A DNA stretch of 64,000 nucleotides from Octopus sinensis (GCF_006345805.1 NC_043019.1:32797360-32861359); one strand, 5' to 3'; shown: positions 9,986-24,600, counted from the first letter of the stretch. Notes: generated by a model from the sequence alone, not told the origin. Made by a program: numbers and translations.

Positions 9986-12950
9986 GTAAGTGACAGTTTC
10001 GCTTCTTCTTTTCACTGTTTGTCTTCGACTAAATACATCGACTCATCCTCATTATAAATATATATGTGTGTGTTTCTCTTTTACCTTGTTTCAGTTATTT
10101 GCAGTTATACCATGGTTTCAAATTTCTTTAGGTAATAATATGGCAGATAATATTACTTGCTAAAGAAATTTGAAACTATGGTATAACCGCAAATAAAAAT
10201 AACAAGGTAAAAGTTTTTATTTTTCATTCCTTCGAAAACTGCTATTAAATCGTGGTTTTGGCCATGTTGGCTGTTTCTTCTAGCATGTAAAATTACCTGT
10301 TAAAGGGTAATTTCTTTTGTGTTTAAATGTACACTATTTTAAAATTTGAATAAGTTGTCTATTGACTATTTATACATGCTAGGCCACTGGTGGTGATATC
10401 TATATATATAAAACTGTAGTTGTGTGAGTGTCTGTCCCCTTCGATTTAGATTCCTAACTACTCCCACATTTTGCGGTGCAGCTTAACCAAATTCGGGTAT
10501 CTTATAGTCGTGATTCATATCGAGCCCGTCTGAGTATTACCGCGCGTCAACGATGAGTCAACAATTTTTAAAAATAATTTAACATCATTTTTTATTCCAT
10601 TTTAATGCATAATTTTTCGTGTGTCGATGGCGGTGGAGTTGGCGTCCATGGTCACACCTGCACCTGTTTGCTTCTCCCCTTCTTCCCTCCCTCGTGAAGC
10701 TGTGGGGAAGGGAGTGTAAGGAAATCAACGTCGTAAAGCGTTGTCAAGGAGACCAGCGTTCTTTTAGAACAACGACTTCATGGCTTGAAGACACCAAAAC
10801 AGAAATGGCTAAGAAAGCCCGAATTGGCATCTATAAGGGAAATAACTCTCTAAAAATGCTTATGTAGCTATTTCCCTTACAAACCCGAGCAACGCCGGGC
10901 GATACTGCTAGTTTATAATGAATATTCGCTACCCTATTTATGTATCTTATGAATATGTTCATAGCATTCTCGAAGATTCAGCTCTGCATTATTTTTATTT
11001 CCGACTGTAAATACTCTTTTACTCTTTTACTTGTTTCAGTCATTTGACTGTGACCATGCTGGAGCACTGCCTTTAGTCGAGCAAATCGACCCCGGGACTT
11101 ATTCTTTGTAAGCCTAGTGCTTATTCTATTGGTCTCTTTTAGTCAAAAAATCAACCACAGTACTCTTTACTCTTTTACTTGTTTCAGTCATTTGACTGTG
11201 ACCATGCTGGAGCACTGCCTTTAGTCGAGCAAATCGACCCCGGGACTTATTCTTTGTAAGCCTAGTGCTTATTCTATTGGTCTCTTTTAGTCAAAAAATC
11301 AACCACAGTACTCTTTACTCTTTTACTTGTTTCAGTCATTTGATTGCGGCCATGCTGGAGCACCGCCTTTAGTCGAGCAAATCGACCCCAGGACTTATTC
11401 TTTGTAAGCCCAGTACTTATTATATCGGTCTCTTTGCCGAACCGCTAAATTACGGGGACGTAAACGTACCAGCATCGGTTGTCAAGCGATGTGGAGGGGA
11501 CAAACACAGACACACACACATACACGCACAATTATCATCATCATCGTTTAACGTCCGTTTTCCGCGCTAGCAAGGGTTGGACGGTTTGACCGGGGTCTGG
11601 GAAGCCAGGGGCTGCACCAGGCTCGGGCTGCACCAGGCTCCAGTCTGATCTGGCAGTGTTTCTACAGCTGGATGCCCTTCCTAACGCCAACCACATATAT
11701 ACGATGGGCTTCTTTCAGTTTCCGTCTACCAAATCCACTCACAAGGCTTTGGTCGGCCCGAGGCTATAGTAGAAGACACCTGCCCAAAGTGTCATGCAGT
11801 GGGATTGAACCCGGAACCATGTGGTTGCTAAGCAAGCTACTTACCACACAGCCACTCCTGTGCCTACTGTTTTTTTTTTTTTTTTTTTTTTGTTTTTTTA
11901 TAAAATCATGTTAGAGTTAATATGTTAATCCTGTGTTTATTTCTTCTTTTCATTGCAGCCACCTTGATCTACATAAGCTCTGGGTTCCGAATGATTTTGC
12001 CATCAAATGTTTCAAAATTATCATGTATTCCATTCAAGTACGTAAATTTCTCTTTAACAATAATCTTGCTACTGCTGCTTTGTTTGTTTGTTTGTTGAGC
12101 GAAGCGGTCTTCGTCCCAGAGCGCGCAAGATCGCGCCTCTGTAGTGGGAGAAGTACGAAACGTGGTCCTTTGCTATTCGTAAGACCCGCAGAAGAGAAAG
12201 CAGGTCAGCCCCCGACACCGAGAGCATCGACGGACGGATGGATGGATGAATGCGCATCCAGGCTCAGCAGTTGCGTAGGAAGTCGGGGACAAGAAACAGG
12301 AAGAAAGAGTGAGAGAAAGTTGGGGCGAAAGAGTACAACAGGGGTCGCCACAACCCCCTGCCGGAGCCTCGCAGAGCTTTAGGTGTTTTCGCTCAATAAA
12401 CACACACAACGCCTGGTCTGGGAATCGAAACTGCGATCCTCCGACCGTGAGTCCGCTGCCCTAACCACTGGGCCATTGCGCCTCCACTGCTACTGCTGCT
12501 TTTGGTCGTGCTTTTGTTGCTGTTATCATCTCCAAGTCAGAGCCATTATCCAGCTGGTTTCTGATTTTTTTTTTGATATCAAACCCACCTGAAGTCACCA
12601 TCTGGTTCTGTCTTTTATCTTCTATCTTTTACTTGTTTTAGTTATTAGACTGTGGCCATGCTGGGGCAGCACTTCGAAGGGGTTTTAGTTGAATGAAGTG
12701 TTTATCTGGAAGAAATTGTATTCAGACCTGGTGTTGTATATATATCATCATCATCATCATCGTTTAGCGTCCGTTTTCCATGCTAGCATGGGTTGGACGG
12801 TTCTACTGGGGTCTGTGAAGCCAGAAGGCTTCATCAGGCCCAGTAAAATCTGGCAGTGTTTCTACGGCTGGATGCCCTTCCTAACGCCAACCACTCAGTG
12901 AGTGTAGTGGGTGCTTTTTACATGCCACCCGCACAGGTGCCAGACAGAGC

Positions 12951-12983
<33 letters not shown>

Positions 12984-15900
12984 GTTCCTTTCTGTTTCCG
13001 TCTTTCAAATCCACTCAGGAGGCTTTGGTTGGCCTGAGGATGGTAGAATACATTTGCCCAAAGTGCCACTCAGTGTATACTGAACCTGGAACCATGTGGT
13101 TTAGAAAGAAACTCCATACCACACAGCCATGCCCGCATCTGATATAAGCTTCTCGTTTTAATCTGATCTAAATTCAAAACTTCCATCAATATTTTTTGTG
13201 AAGTTATGTCACAAACACCAGATTAATTATGACAAAATATTTTATTAAATTCCTCATTATTTTTTAAATAAATCAAAACTAAGTTGGTGTATTTTTACGT
13301 GCCACCGGCACGGAGGCCAGGCGAGGCTGGCACGGCCACAATCGGATGGTGTTTGTTACGTGCCACCAGCATGGGGGCCAGTCGTTGCAGTGCTGGCTAT
13401 GGCCACGTTCGGATGGTTCTCTTATGTGCCACCGGCACTGGTACCACACACTACAAATTCCATTGATGTGGATCGATTTTGATTTGATTCTTTGATTTTG
13501 ATTTTTTGATTCCATATGTACAAATAAATAAGGTTTTATACAGACGTGGGTTTCAGTGTTGTGGGCACTCTTAAACTTTCTCTATCCAAATGGCATTTCA
13601 ACCCAGTATTTTATCTTTTACTTGTTTCAGTCATTTGACTGCAGCCATGCTGGGGTACCACCTGGAAGGGTTTTAGTCAAACAAAATCAACAGGAATTCT
13701 CTCCTTGAATGTCTCATTTTTTTTGTTTTTTTGTTCTTGAAATGTAACCTTCCTGGAACAATCCCATCAAGGTTTTAGTTCATCATCATCATCGTTTAAC
13801 GTCTGTTTTCCATGCTAGCATGGGTTGGACTGTTCGACCTGGATCTGGGAAGCCAGAAGGCTGCACCAGGCCCCAGTCTGATCTGGCAGTGTTTCTATGG
13901 CTGGATGCCCTTCCTAACGCCAACCAGTCCGTGAGTGTAGTGGGTGCTTTTTACGTGCCACCGTCACGGGTGCCAGGCGAGGCTGGCAATGGCCACGATT
14001 GGATTGGTGCTTTTTATGTGCCACCAGCACGGAAGCCAGTCAAGGCAGCACTGACATTGGCCACGTTCAGATGGTGCTTTTTACGTGCCACCGGCACAGG
14101 GATCACAACTGCAATTTCCATTGATTTTTGATGTTGATGTACTTGACTTAATAGGTCTCCTCAAGCACAGGGTAGTTGATTATCATAATTGCCCAGTATT
14201 ATTTTTACTGACTCTGATCAAAGATTTGAAAAGCAAAGTGCTCAGTGCATGACACAGTAACATATGGCAAAAAACGTTTTCTCTGATGCTCTACTAATTA
14301 TGTTGCCACCTCCTCTGTTGTTCATTGAAACTTGATTCTATTGCTAGTTTAGGTTGTTAAAAATTTTCTAAGAACTGGACCAACAGTGCTACTATTACTA
14401 GAACTAATGCAATTGGTACAACACCAGGTCTGAGCACAATTTCTTCCAGATAAACACATCAGCACCAATTGCCACGTAGTGGTGGTGGAGATAAACAAAG
14501 GCATGCATCCACACAAACACACGCATTCATACATGCATTCATACACTATGGACTTCTTTTAGTTTATCTACTAAATCTACCCACAAGGCTTTGACTGGCC
14601 TGAAGCTATAATAGAGGATATTTGCCCATGATGCCATGCAGTGGGACTGAACCAGAAACTATGTGGTTGAGAAGCAAACTTCTTACCACACAGCCACTCC
14701 TGGAATTTCCATAGGTACAGCTTGTGAAGGCACATTGCTTAGTGGTTAGAGCATTCAGCTCATGATTGTAAGGTTGTGAGTTCAATTCCCGGCGGCACGT
14801 TGTGTCCTTGAGCAAGACACTTTATTTCACGTTGCTCCAGTCTACTCAGCTAGCAAAAATGAGCAGTACCTGTAATTCAAAGGGGCCAGCCTTGTCCCAT
14901 TGTGTTACACAGAATCTCCTTGAGAACTATGTCATGGGTTCACATGTCTGTGGAGTGCTCAACCACTTGCATGTTAATTTCACGAGCAGGCTGTTCTGTT
15001 GATCAGATTGACTGGAACCCTCGTCGTCATAACCAACAGAGTGCCAGTTATAGTTATTCTGCCTGTATATATTTATATATATATATATACAGAATGCGGC
15101 GAGCTGGCAGAAACGTTAGCACGCCGGGCGAAATGCTTAGCCGTATTTCATCTGCCGTTACGTTCTGAGTTCAAATTCCGCCAAGGTTGACTTTGCCTTT
15201 CATCCTTTCGGGGTCGATAAATTAAGTACCAGTTACGCACTGAGGTCGATGTAATCGACTTAATCCGTTTGTCTGTCCTTGTTTGTTCCCTCTGTGTTTA
15301 GCCCCTTGTGGGTAGTAAAGAAATAGGTATTTCGTCTGCTGCTACGTTCTGTTCCGCCGAGGTCGACTTTGCCTTTCATCCTTTCGGGGTCGATAAATTA
15401 AGTACCAGTTACGCACTGAGGTCGATGTAATCGACTTAATCCGTTTGTCTGTCCTTGTTTGTCCACTCCGTGTTTAGCCCCTTGTGGGCAGTAAAGAAAT
15501 AGGTATTTCGTCTGCTGCTACATTCTGAGTTCAAATTCCGCCGAGGTCGACTTTGCCTTTCATCCTTTCGGGGTCAATAAATTAAGTACCAGTTACGCAC
15601 TGGGGTCAATGTAATCAACTTAATCCGTTTGTCTGTCCTTGTTTGTTCCCTCTGTGTTTAGCTCCTTGTGGGTAGTAAAGAAATATATATTTATATACAT
15701 ATATATACATGTGTGTGTTTCTACTTAAAATAACTTTTATATTTGTATTTGCAGGCAAAATACAGTTACTTAGTTCTACAGATGTTGATGAGTCACCTAG
15801 ACACACATCAGAAGAGTGAACCAATGATCAAAGCTAACATAATAGATGTTCTTTTCCAAACAGTATTAATTGCCGCTGGTGGATCTGTCGGTAAGTTCTT

Positions 15901-18900
15901 CCCCCCCCCCCCAAAAAAAAATCTTCATTTCCGTTGCTATTTTGAATCATAGTAATATTTTATGTTGTACCTCATACCAGTCCATCAGAGAGGTGGCCTC
16001 TCTTTAGTTTCTTCATCAGCATCATCATCGTTTAACGTCTGCTTTCCATGCTAGCATGGGTTGGATGATTTTGACTGAGGGCTGGCGAATCAGATGGCTG
16101 CATCAGGCTCCAATCTTGATTTGGCAGAGTTTCTACAGCTGGATGCCCTTCCTAGCACCAACCACTCCGAGAGTGTAGTGGGCACTTTTTATGTGCCACC
16201 GGCACGGGGCCCAGTCCGGCGGTACTGGCAACGACCTCGCTCGAATCCTTTTGCACATGCCACCAGCACAGGTGCCAGTAAGGCGATGTTGGTAATGATC
16301 ACGCTCGAATGGTGCCCTTTTACGTGTCACTGGCACAGAAACCAGTTGGCTGCTCTGGCAACGATCACACTCGGACGGTGCTCTTGGCACCCTACTAGCA
16401 CAGGCACTGACTAAACTCTTATCAGATCATAATTCTGCAATCTTTCAAGAGGAAGGACACATGTGTAGTCCGAAATAAGACTGGAATATTTTCAGTAATG
16501 GTTTTGTTCAATTGGGTCTGGCTTGTGACTGCAAAAAAAAAAAAATGACAACACCAATAACATGCATTGTACCACATCGCATCTTGAAGGTGCATGGCTC
16601 AGTGGTTAGTGTCAGGCTCACAATCATGAGGAAGTGAGTTCAATTCCTGGACCGGGCTGTGTGTTGTGTTCTTGAGCAAGACACTCTATTTCATGTTGTT
16701 CCAGTTCACTCAGTTGTAGGAATGAGTTGTGACATTACTGGTGCCAAGCTGTATCGGCCCCTTTTGCCTTTCCCTTGGATAACATTGGTGGCATGGAGAG
16801 CGGAGGCTGGTGTACACCGGTGACTGCTGGTCTTTCATAAACAGCTTTGCCTGGGCTTGTGCCTCAGAGGGGAACTTTCTAGGTGCAGTCCCTCGGTCAT
16901 TCATGACTGATGGGGATCTTTACCCTTTACCCTTTCACCACATCACATCCTGTTATGGTGCCACTACATGGTAGCCAGATTTGCTGGAAACAGCAGCTAA
17001 AGTTTCAGAAATAGTGTCAGTAAATGGACATCTGTTTATGTCAACAATGAGTTTTTAAGTATTGGGTTGATCAAATGAACTCTTTGTTCATTGAATTAGC
17101 ATTTAAGTGGCCGAGTATTCCATGGATATGCATACCCTTAATGTACTCAGACATAATCAGCTTGACATTGTGTGTGATAAGGTCCTTTAAGTTCCAATTA
17201 ACAGTCTATTTGCTGGTCTTCTGCAAAGTTTTTGAATATCACAAGACTTGGGTCAGTTCAATGCCATGGTAAGAGACACTCACTCTAGATGTCATGCTAT
17301 GGGATTGAACCTGCAATCTCATGTTTGCAAAGGGAACTTCTTAACCATTCAGCCATGCTACAGTTATGAAAAGAAGGTCATACTTCATTTCCTTTTTTTT
17401 TTTGTCTTGTGTTGTTTGAAATATTAATTTTTTTTGTCTATTTGTTATGTGCAACAGAAGCAAGATTAGTTCAAAATAACAACCTGTGGATCATACTTAA
17501 TGCAGATACATCACTGAAAGTGAAATTGGCTGCAGTATTCGTCAAGATGTTATCTCAGAACAATTATCGCTCACATTTAATTTTTTGTTTCTGTGATGTA
17601 TCTGCACTAAGTATACTACACAGATTGCCAATTTATGTTTATTTGTTATTTTGTCTTTGAAACCTGTCCTTAATATGAAAATCTAAGAATATCTCTTTCT
17701 TTTATTGTAGGTCCATCAGTGCTGGAAGTGTTTGATACACTTCTACGACACCTTAGAGTATCTGTTGATTCCAAGTATGAGGAAGCAGAGAAAACTGAAA
17801 TGGAGAGAAAATTCCAAGAGGTCATAATCAACACAATTGGTCAGTGTTATTCATAACAGTCATGTGATGTGGCCGGTGTAGTAGTAGAAGTAGTAGTTGT
17901 AGTAGTAGTAACAACAGAAGTGGGTGTTGTTGTGTAAACTCCAAGGTCATATTTGTTTTTGAGCGTGACACAGATCGTTTTTATTGTTTTGTCAGTCGTG
18001 ATCTAGCAGACCTGTGGAATATGGGTTCTGCATCAATCAATTAGGCTATACCCACAAGTCTGTTGTTCCTTTTAACCGTTTAGCATTCAGATTACACTAT
18101 CAAATGTAATGCTTATTTATTCATACTGCTTTGAATTAATCATGCATTATATCATAGCACTGAGATTTTAAGTGTCGCTGGACTGGCTCCTGTGCAGGTG
18201 GCACGTAAAAAGCACCATTTGGGCGTGGCCGTTGCCAGTACCACCAAACTGGCCCTCGTGCCGGTGGCGTTAGGAAGGGCATCCAGCTGTAGAAACTCTG
18301 CCAGATCAGATTGGAATCTGGGTCGCCATACCTCAGTCAAATCGTCCAACCCATGCTAGCATGGAAAGCGGACGATAAATGATGATGATGAGGATGATGA
18401 TTGTTTGCTTTTAGAATGACATTGAAAGGTAGACATGTGAGGCAAGATCTGACCTGTTTAACCCTTTAGTATTTAAACCGGCCATATCCGGCCAAAATAG
18501 CTAGTCTGTTTTATGTTCAAATTGACCAGATCCAGGCTCTCACACTTACCCTACAATGTTATTCTACATTAAGTAATTACACCATCAAGATCTTGAAGAT
18601 ATGAGATAATGCATGATTAGTTCAAATCAATTGGAATCAATAGGCATTATGTTTGATTGAATAATCTGAACACTAAAGGGTTAAACATAAAATCCTGTAG
18701 GCTATTTTGGCCAGTCATGCCTGGTTTAAATGCGAAAGGGTTAGTTCTGTCCCGAAGCTTGAAGCCTATTCTCCCTGCTCAGACATGTCAATTCTATTGT
18801 AGTCAGTTTTGTTCGAGTCAATTCAACTGTGACAGATCCAAAGGCAAAATGAGTATTAAAACAGTCGATAAATATGAACTACATCAATGACATCTGCTGT

Positions 18901-19886
18901 AAACACTAAACCTTTTATTCAACAAGCCTTTTCATTCCATAATGTTTTTGTGTTTCTACACTATAAGAAGACAATAAAATTATATTTAAGTGCTGCTTTC
19001 CTGAATCAATAAGAACCAGTTGATCTCTATTGAAAGTTTACAGTAAATTGAAGCATTGAATATTAACTGACAAGTCTAAACCTGACTGAAGTCCCTAGTT
19101 TAAACAAGGATTCTCTGGTGTGGGCTGGTGACAATAAATGTGTTGTGAACTCTCAGAACAAATGTAGCACTCATAATGGGTTTTTCTGATAGTTTTACAA
19201 ATCGGTACAGTTTGAGACGTTGTTTCAACAGAAATAAGCGAGAACACTTTTAAATATGTGAATATACAGGCGCTGGAGTGGCTGTCTGGTAAGTAGCTTG
19301 CTTATCAACCACATGGTTCCGAGTTCAGTCCCACTGTGAGGAACCTTGGGCAAGTGTCTTCTACTATAGCCTTTGGGCTGACCAAAGCCTTGTGAGTGGA
19401 TTTGGTAGACGGAAACTGAAAGAAGCTTGTCGTATATATGTTTTTCTACCTATTATATACATTATATTATTTTTGTAATTTACTTAATCTTTACTTTTTA
19501 ATTGTTGTTTTAATTTTAACTTTTCTATTATTTGTAATTTTCTAGATGGTGTAATTTAATTATTCGTTTTGAATTGATAGAAGGTGGTCTTTTCTAATAT
19601 TTCATAAATATATATGTATTATATTGTGTGGAATTTGATTTAGTATTTCTAAATTGAATTCTTTTTCCTTGGTAGTTTGGATTTTATTCCCTCAAATAAT
19701 AAGTCTGTCTGTCTGTCTGTCTGCCCGCCCGCCCGTTAAAGTGAAATGGTTTTATTCAAATATTAGGATAGCCTTTGTTCAATGTTGTATTTTCAAAAGT
19801 CAAAACATGTGTAGAACTCTGTGTGTGTGTGTGCGTGCGTGTGTGTGTGTGAGTTTAATACAGTTTACTTAGCAAATTTGGTCCTT

Positions 19887-19924
<38 letters not shown>

Positions 19925-21593
19925 CTGGCCTAACCAAAGCCTTGGAAGTGGATTTGGTAGACAAGCTAAAAGAAACTTGTATGTATGCATGTATGTACGT
20001 ACGTATGTATGTATTTATGTATGTCTTTGTGTCTGTGCTTGTCTTCCCACCATTGCTTCACAACCAACGTTGGTGTGTTTATATCCTTATAACTTAACAG
20101 TTCGGCAAAAGAGACTGATAGAATAAGTACTAGACTTACAAAGAATAAGTCCTGGGGTTGATTTCTTTGACTAAAAAACTTTGTAAGATGGTGCTCCAGC
20201 ATGGCCGCAGTGAAATGACTGAAACCAGTAAAAGAATGTGTGTGTGTATACACATACACAGGATTAGAGAGAGAGAGAAAGAGAAATGACCAGTGAACGA
20301 GAGTCAGAGAGAGTTATGGAAAGAGTGTAATGATGATCACAGCATGTTTTAAAATGGTATGTTGTCACTCTTGTTGCAGGTGAGTTTGCCAACAACCTGC
20401 CTGATTACCAAAAGATTGATACCATGATGTTTGTATTGGGAAAATTACCTCAGAAAACCAATCATGAAGACTATGGGTAAGTGATTCTCTCTCTATATTG
20501 CTTATCTCACATAACTATATATTTTTCTTGCAGATAGCACCCTGGGAAATTTTCTAATATCATTAATTTAAATCACCTTATCATACACGTAATATATTCA
20601 CCTTTGTGTCAATCTTTGGCATGGCAGTTAAATGTTTGTCTATGCCTTGCTGAAAAGGCCTCATTATACCGAAACACATCCATAATTGTCTCTGTACTTA
20701 CAAGAGATCAGACTCTCTTCCCATTACATTTCCCATGTAAATTTTTATTGATCTCAATTTATGGAGATCATTTCCTAATTGTTTAATTTTTAAGAAGTTT
20801 AGTGGTGTTTTTTATGTGCCACCTGCATAGGAGTCAGTCCAGTGGCACTGGCAACGACTTCGCTCAAATGTTTTGTTCATGTGCCACCAGCACAAGTGCT
20901 AGTAAGGTGACGCTGGTAACGATCATGCTCAAATGGTGCTTTTTACGTGCCACCGGCACAGAAGCCAGACAGCTGCTCTGGCAGTGATCCCGCTCGGATG
21001 GAGCTGTTAGCGCTCAATTGGCATGGGTGCCAGTCATCGAATTTGGTTCAATTTCGATTTCACTTGCCCCAACAGGTCTTCGCAAGCAGAGTTTAGTGTC
21101 CAATGAAGGGATGTTGGCATGGGTGAGGCCTAATGTTCGAAGGTCGTGCTTCAGCACCTCATCCCAGGTTTTCCTGGGTCTACCTCTTCCACAGGTTCCC
21201 TCAACCGCTAGGGTGTGGCACTTTTTCACACAGCTATCTTCATCCATTCTTGCCACATGACCATACCAGCACAATTGTCTCTCTTGCACACCACAACTGA
21301 TGCCTGTAAACTGAAATTTCGATTTCACTTGCCCCAACAGGTCTTCGCAAGCAGAGTTTAGTGTCCACACAGCCACTTACGAACCACATGGTTCCCGGTT
21401 CAGTCCTACTGGATCAACAGTATCAGCACTTCACAATCTCTGGGTCACAGCCTTTATTCTGCAAAAGATGCAAAGACAGAGTCTTTTACTTCTAAGTAGA
21501 ATTTCACGAGATAAAAGAATGGTGAATGGGCTTAATGGATTCCTGTTGTATAGTTTATGCTATGTCCTCGTTATTTGGTATAAAGTTAGTTAA

Positions 21594-21624
<31 letters not shown>

Positions 21625-24600
21625 ATTTGGCTCAAAAGCAAATAGCAAGGCCATGTAGGGGGACATGGAGTTAAGTACAGGGTGGTGTTCATGTAAAGAG
21701 TTCAGGCCACTTGAGGTCCAGGGAGGCTTTGAACAAAGCATCTTCACCATCTCGTCTGGCAGCTTGTTCCACGGATCCGCAACCCGGACGGAGAAAGCTC
21801 CTCTCCTTCGATTGAGATGAAATCGTCGCAAGTAGAGCTTTTCGGAATGACCCCGCAGCCGACGCTCTGGAGTAGGAGTGAAGAACAGCTCTTTTGAGAG
21901 GTTACACTTTCCGCTTATGATCCCTTATGTTATGTTCTCTCTGAAGGTGCATGGCACAGTGGTTAGAGCGTTAGGCTCACAATCATGAGGTTGTGAGTTC
22001 GATTCCCTGGCCGGGCTATGTGCTGTGTTCTTGAGCAAGACACTTTATTTCACATTGCTCCAGTTCACTCATCTGTAGAAATGAGTTGTGATGTCACTGG
22101 TGCCAAACTGTATCGGTGTTTCCCTTGGATAACATCGATGGCATAGAGAGCGGGAGGCTGGTATGCATGGGTGAGCTGGCAGAAACGTTAGCACGCCGGG
22201 CGAGATACGTAGCCGTATTTCGTCTGCCGTTACGTTCTGAGTACAAATTCCACCAAGGTCGACTTTGCCTTTCATCCTTTCGGGGTCGATAAATTAAGTA
22301 CCAGTTATGCACTGGAGTCGATGTAATTGACTTAATCTGTGTGTCTGTGCTTGTTTGTCCCCTCTGTGTTTAGCCCCTTTTGGGTAGTAAAGAAATAGGT
22401 ATGCATGGGTGACTGCTGGTCTTCCATAAACAATCTTGCCCAGACTTGTGCCTCGGAGGGGGACTTTCTAAGTGCAATCCCTTGGTCATTCATCACCGAA
22501 GGGGTTCTTTACCCTGTATAGTTTATGTTCTATCCTCTTTATTTGGTAGAAACTACTTCTTAGGTTATGTTTTTTTTTTCTGTTTTCAGGACACCGCCAA
22601 TAGATATTCAACTACAGAACATGTTATTGAAGACTCTGTTAAAAGTAAGTTAGTGATACATACTGCTTATCGTCATCATCATCATCATTCTCATCATCAC
22701 CACCACCACCACCACCACACTGATCACTATCATCATCATCCCCTCCATCACCTGTCATCTTCACCATCGTTGTTGCTGTTATATTGTTATTAGCAATGTG
22801 TCAACACAAAAACTACCACCACCACCACCACCACTATCGCCATTGTCATTCTTGTCATTACCATCCTGACTACACAACTCTCATTGCCATCCTCACCGTC
22901 ATCTCTACCACCACCACCACCACTACCGTCGCCATCATTGTCATCACCACCTCCATCATCGACCTTTGCCACCACCTCCATCATCGACCTTTGCCACCAC
23001 CTCCATCATCGACCTTTGCCACCACCTCCATCATCGACCTTTGCCACCACCTCCATCATCGACCTTTGCCACCACCTCCATCATCGACCTTTGCCACCAC
23101 CTCCATCATCGACCTTTGCCACCACCTCCATCATCGACCTTTGCCACCACCTCCATCATCGACCTTGCCACCACCTCCATCATCGACCTTGCCACCACCT
23201 CCATCATCGACCTTTGCCACCACCTCCATCATCGACCTTTGCCACCACCTCCATCATCGACCTTTGCCACCACCTCCATCATCGACCTTTGCCACCACCT
23301 CCATCATCGACCTTTGCCACCACCTCCATCATCGACCTTGCCACCACCTCCATCATCGACCTTTGCCACCACCTCCATCATCGACCTTTGCCACCACCTC
23401 CATCATCGACCTTTGCCACCACTCCATCATCGACCTTTGCCACCACCTCCATCATCGACCTTTGCCACCACCTCCATCATCGACCTTTGCCACCACCTCC
23501 ATCATCGACCTTTGCCACCACCTCCATCATCGACCTTTGCCACCACCTCCATCATCGACCTTTGCCACCACCTCCATCATCGACCTTTGCCACCACCTCC
23601 ATCATCGACCTTGCCACCACCTCCATCATCGACCTTGCCACCACCTCCATCATCGACCTTTGCCACCACCTCCATCATCGACCTTTGCCACCACCTCCAT
23701 CATCGACCTTTGCCACCACCTCCATCATCGACCTTTGCCACCACCTCCATCATCGACCTTTGCCACCACCTCCATCATCGACCTTTGCCACCACCTCCAT
23801 CATCGACCTTTGCCACCACCTCCATCATCGACCTTGCCACCACCTCCATCATCGACCTTGCCACCACCTCCATCATCGACCTTTGCCACCACCTCCATCA
23901 TCGACCTTTGCCACCACCTCCATCATCGACCTTTGCCACCACCTCCATCATCGACCTTTGCCACCACCTCCATCATCGACCTTTGCCACCACCTCCATCA
24001 TCGACCTTTGCCACCACCTCCATCATCGACCTTTGCCACCACCTCCATCATCGACCTTTGCCACCACCTCCATCATCGACCTTTGCCACCACCTCCATCA
24101 TCGACCTTTGCCACCACCTCCGCCAACATCATCACTGCCATCGACGCCACCACCACCACTACAACCACCATCATCATAACTCCCCTCCCCTTGCTTCATG
24201 TTCAACATCATTGTCGTATTGTTCTCATCATTGTCATTGGCATCACCACCACCACCACCACCATCATATTCTCATCATCAATTATCCTAACTACACAACC
24301 ATCATGTTGTCATCACAACCACTTTCTTATCATTATTGGATATCTCTTTATCTCATTGATTTCAGAAGGAAAGTGGGCAAAGTTGACCTACTCTCTTAAA
24401 ATCACAAACATTTTATGACTTTGTCTGAATATAATGAATCATTTTAATCATCATTATCAATCAATTGAATGTTAGAAAACAAAAGAAATTCATCATCATT
24501 ATCATCATCATCATCATCATTGTTTAACGTCCGCTTTCCATGCTAGCATGGGTTGGACGATTTGACAGAGGACTGGCAAACCAGATGGCTGCACCAGGCT

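Noticed and set aside
12130-12175. GAAAC-gtg-GTC hammerhead right half in the CpG-rich SINE
   Set aside because: No CUGANGA-type core or adequate stems I and II.
12418-12490. tRNA genes (here and at other SINE heads)
   Set aside because: A/B boxes continue into SINE bodies; no complete cloverleaf with acceptor stem.
22784-24418. Pro/His/Ser-rich 430-540 aa ORFs
   Set aside because: Three-frame read-through of the 25-bp minisatellite.
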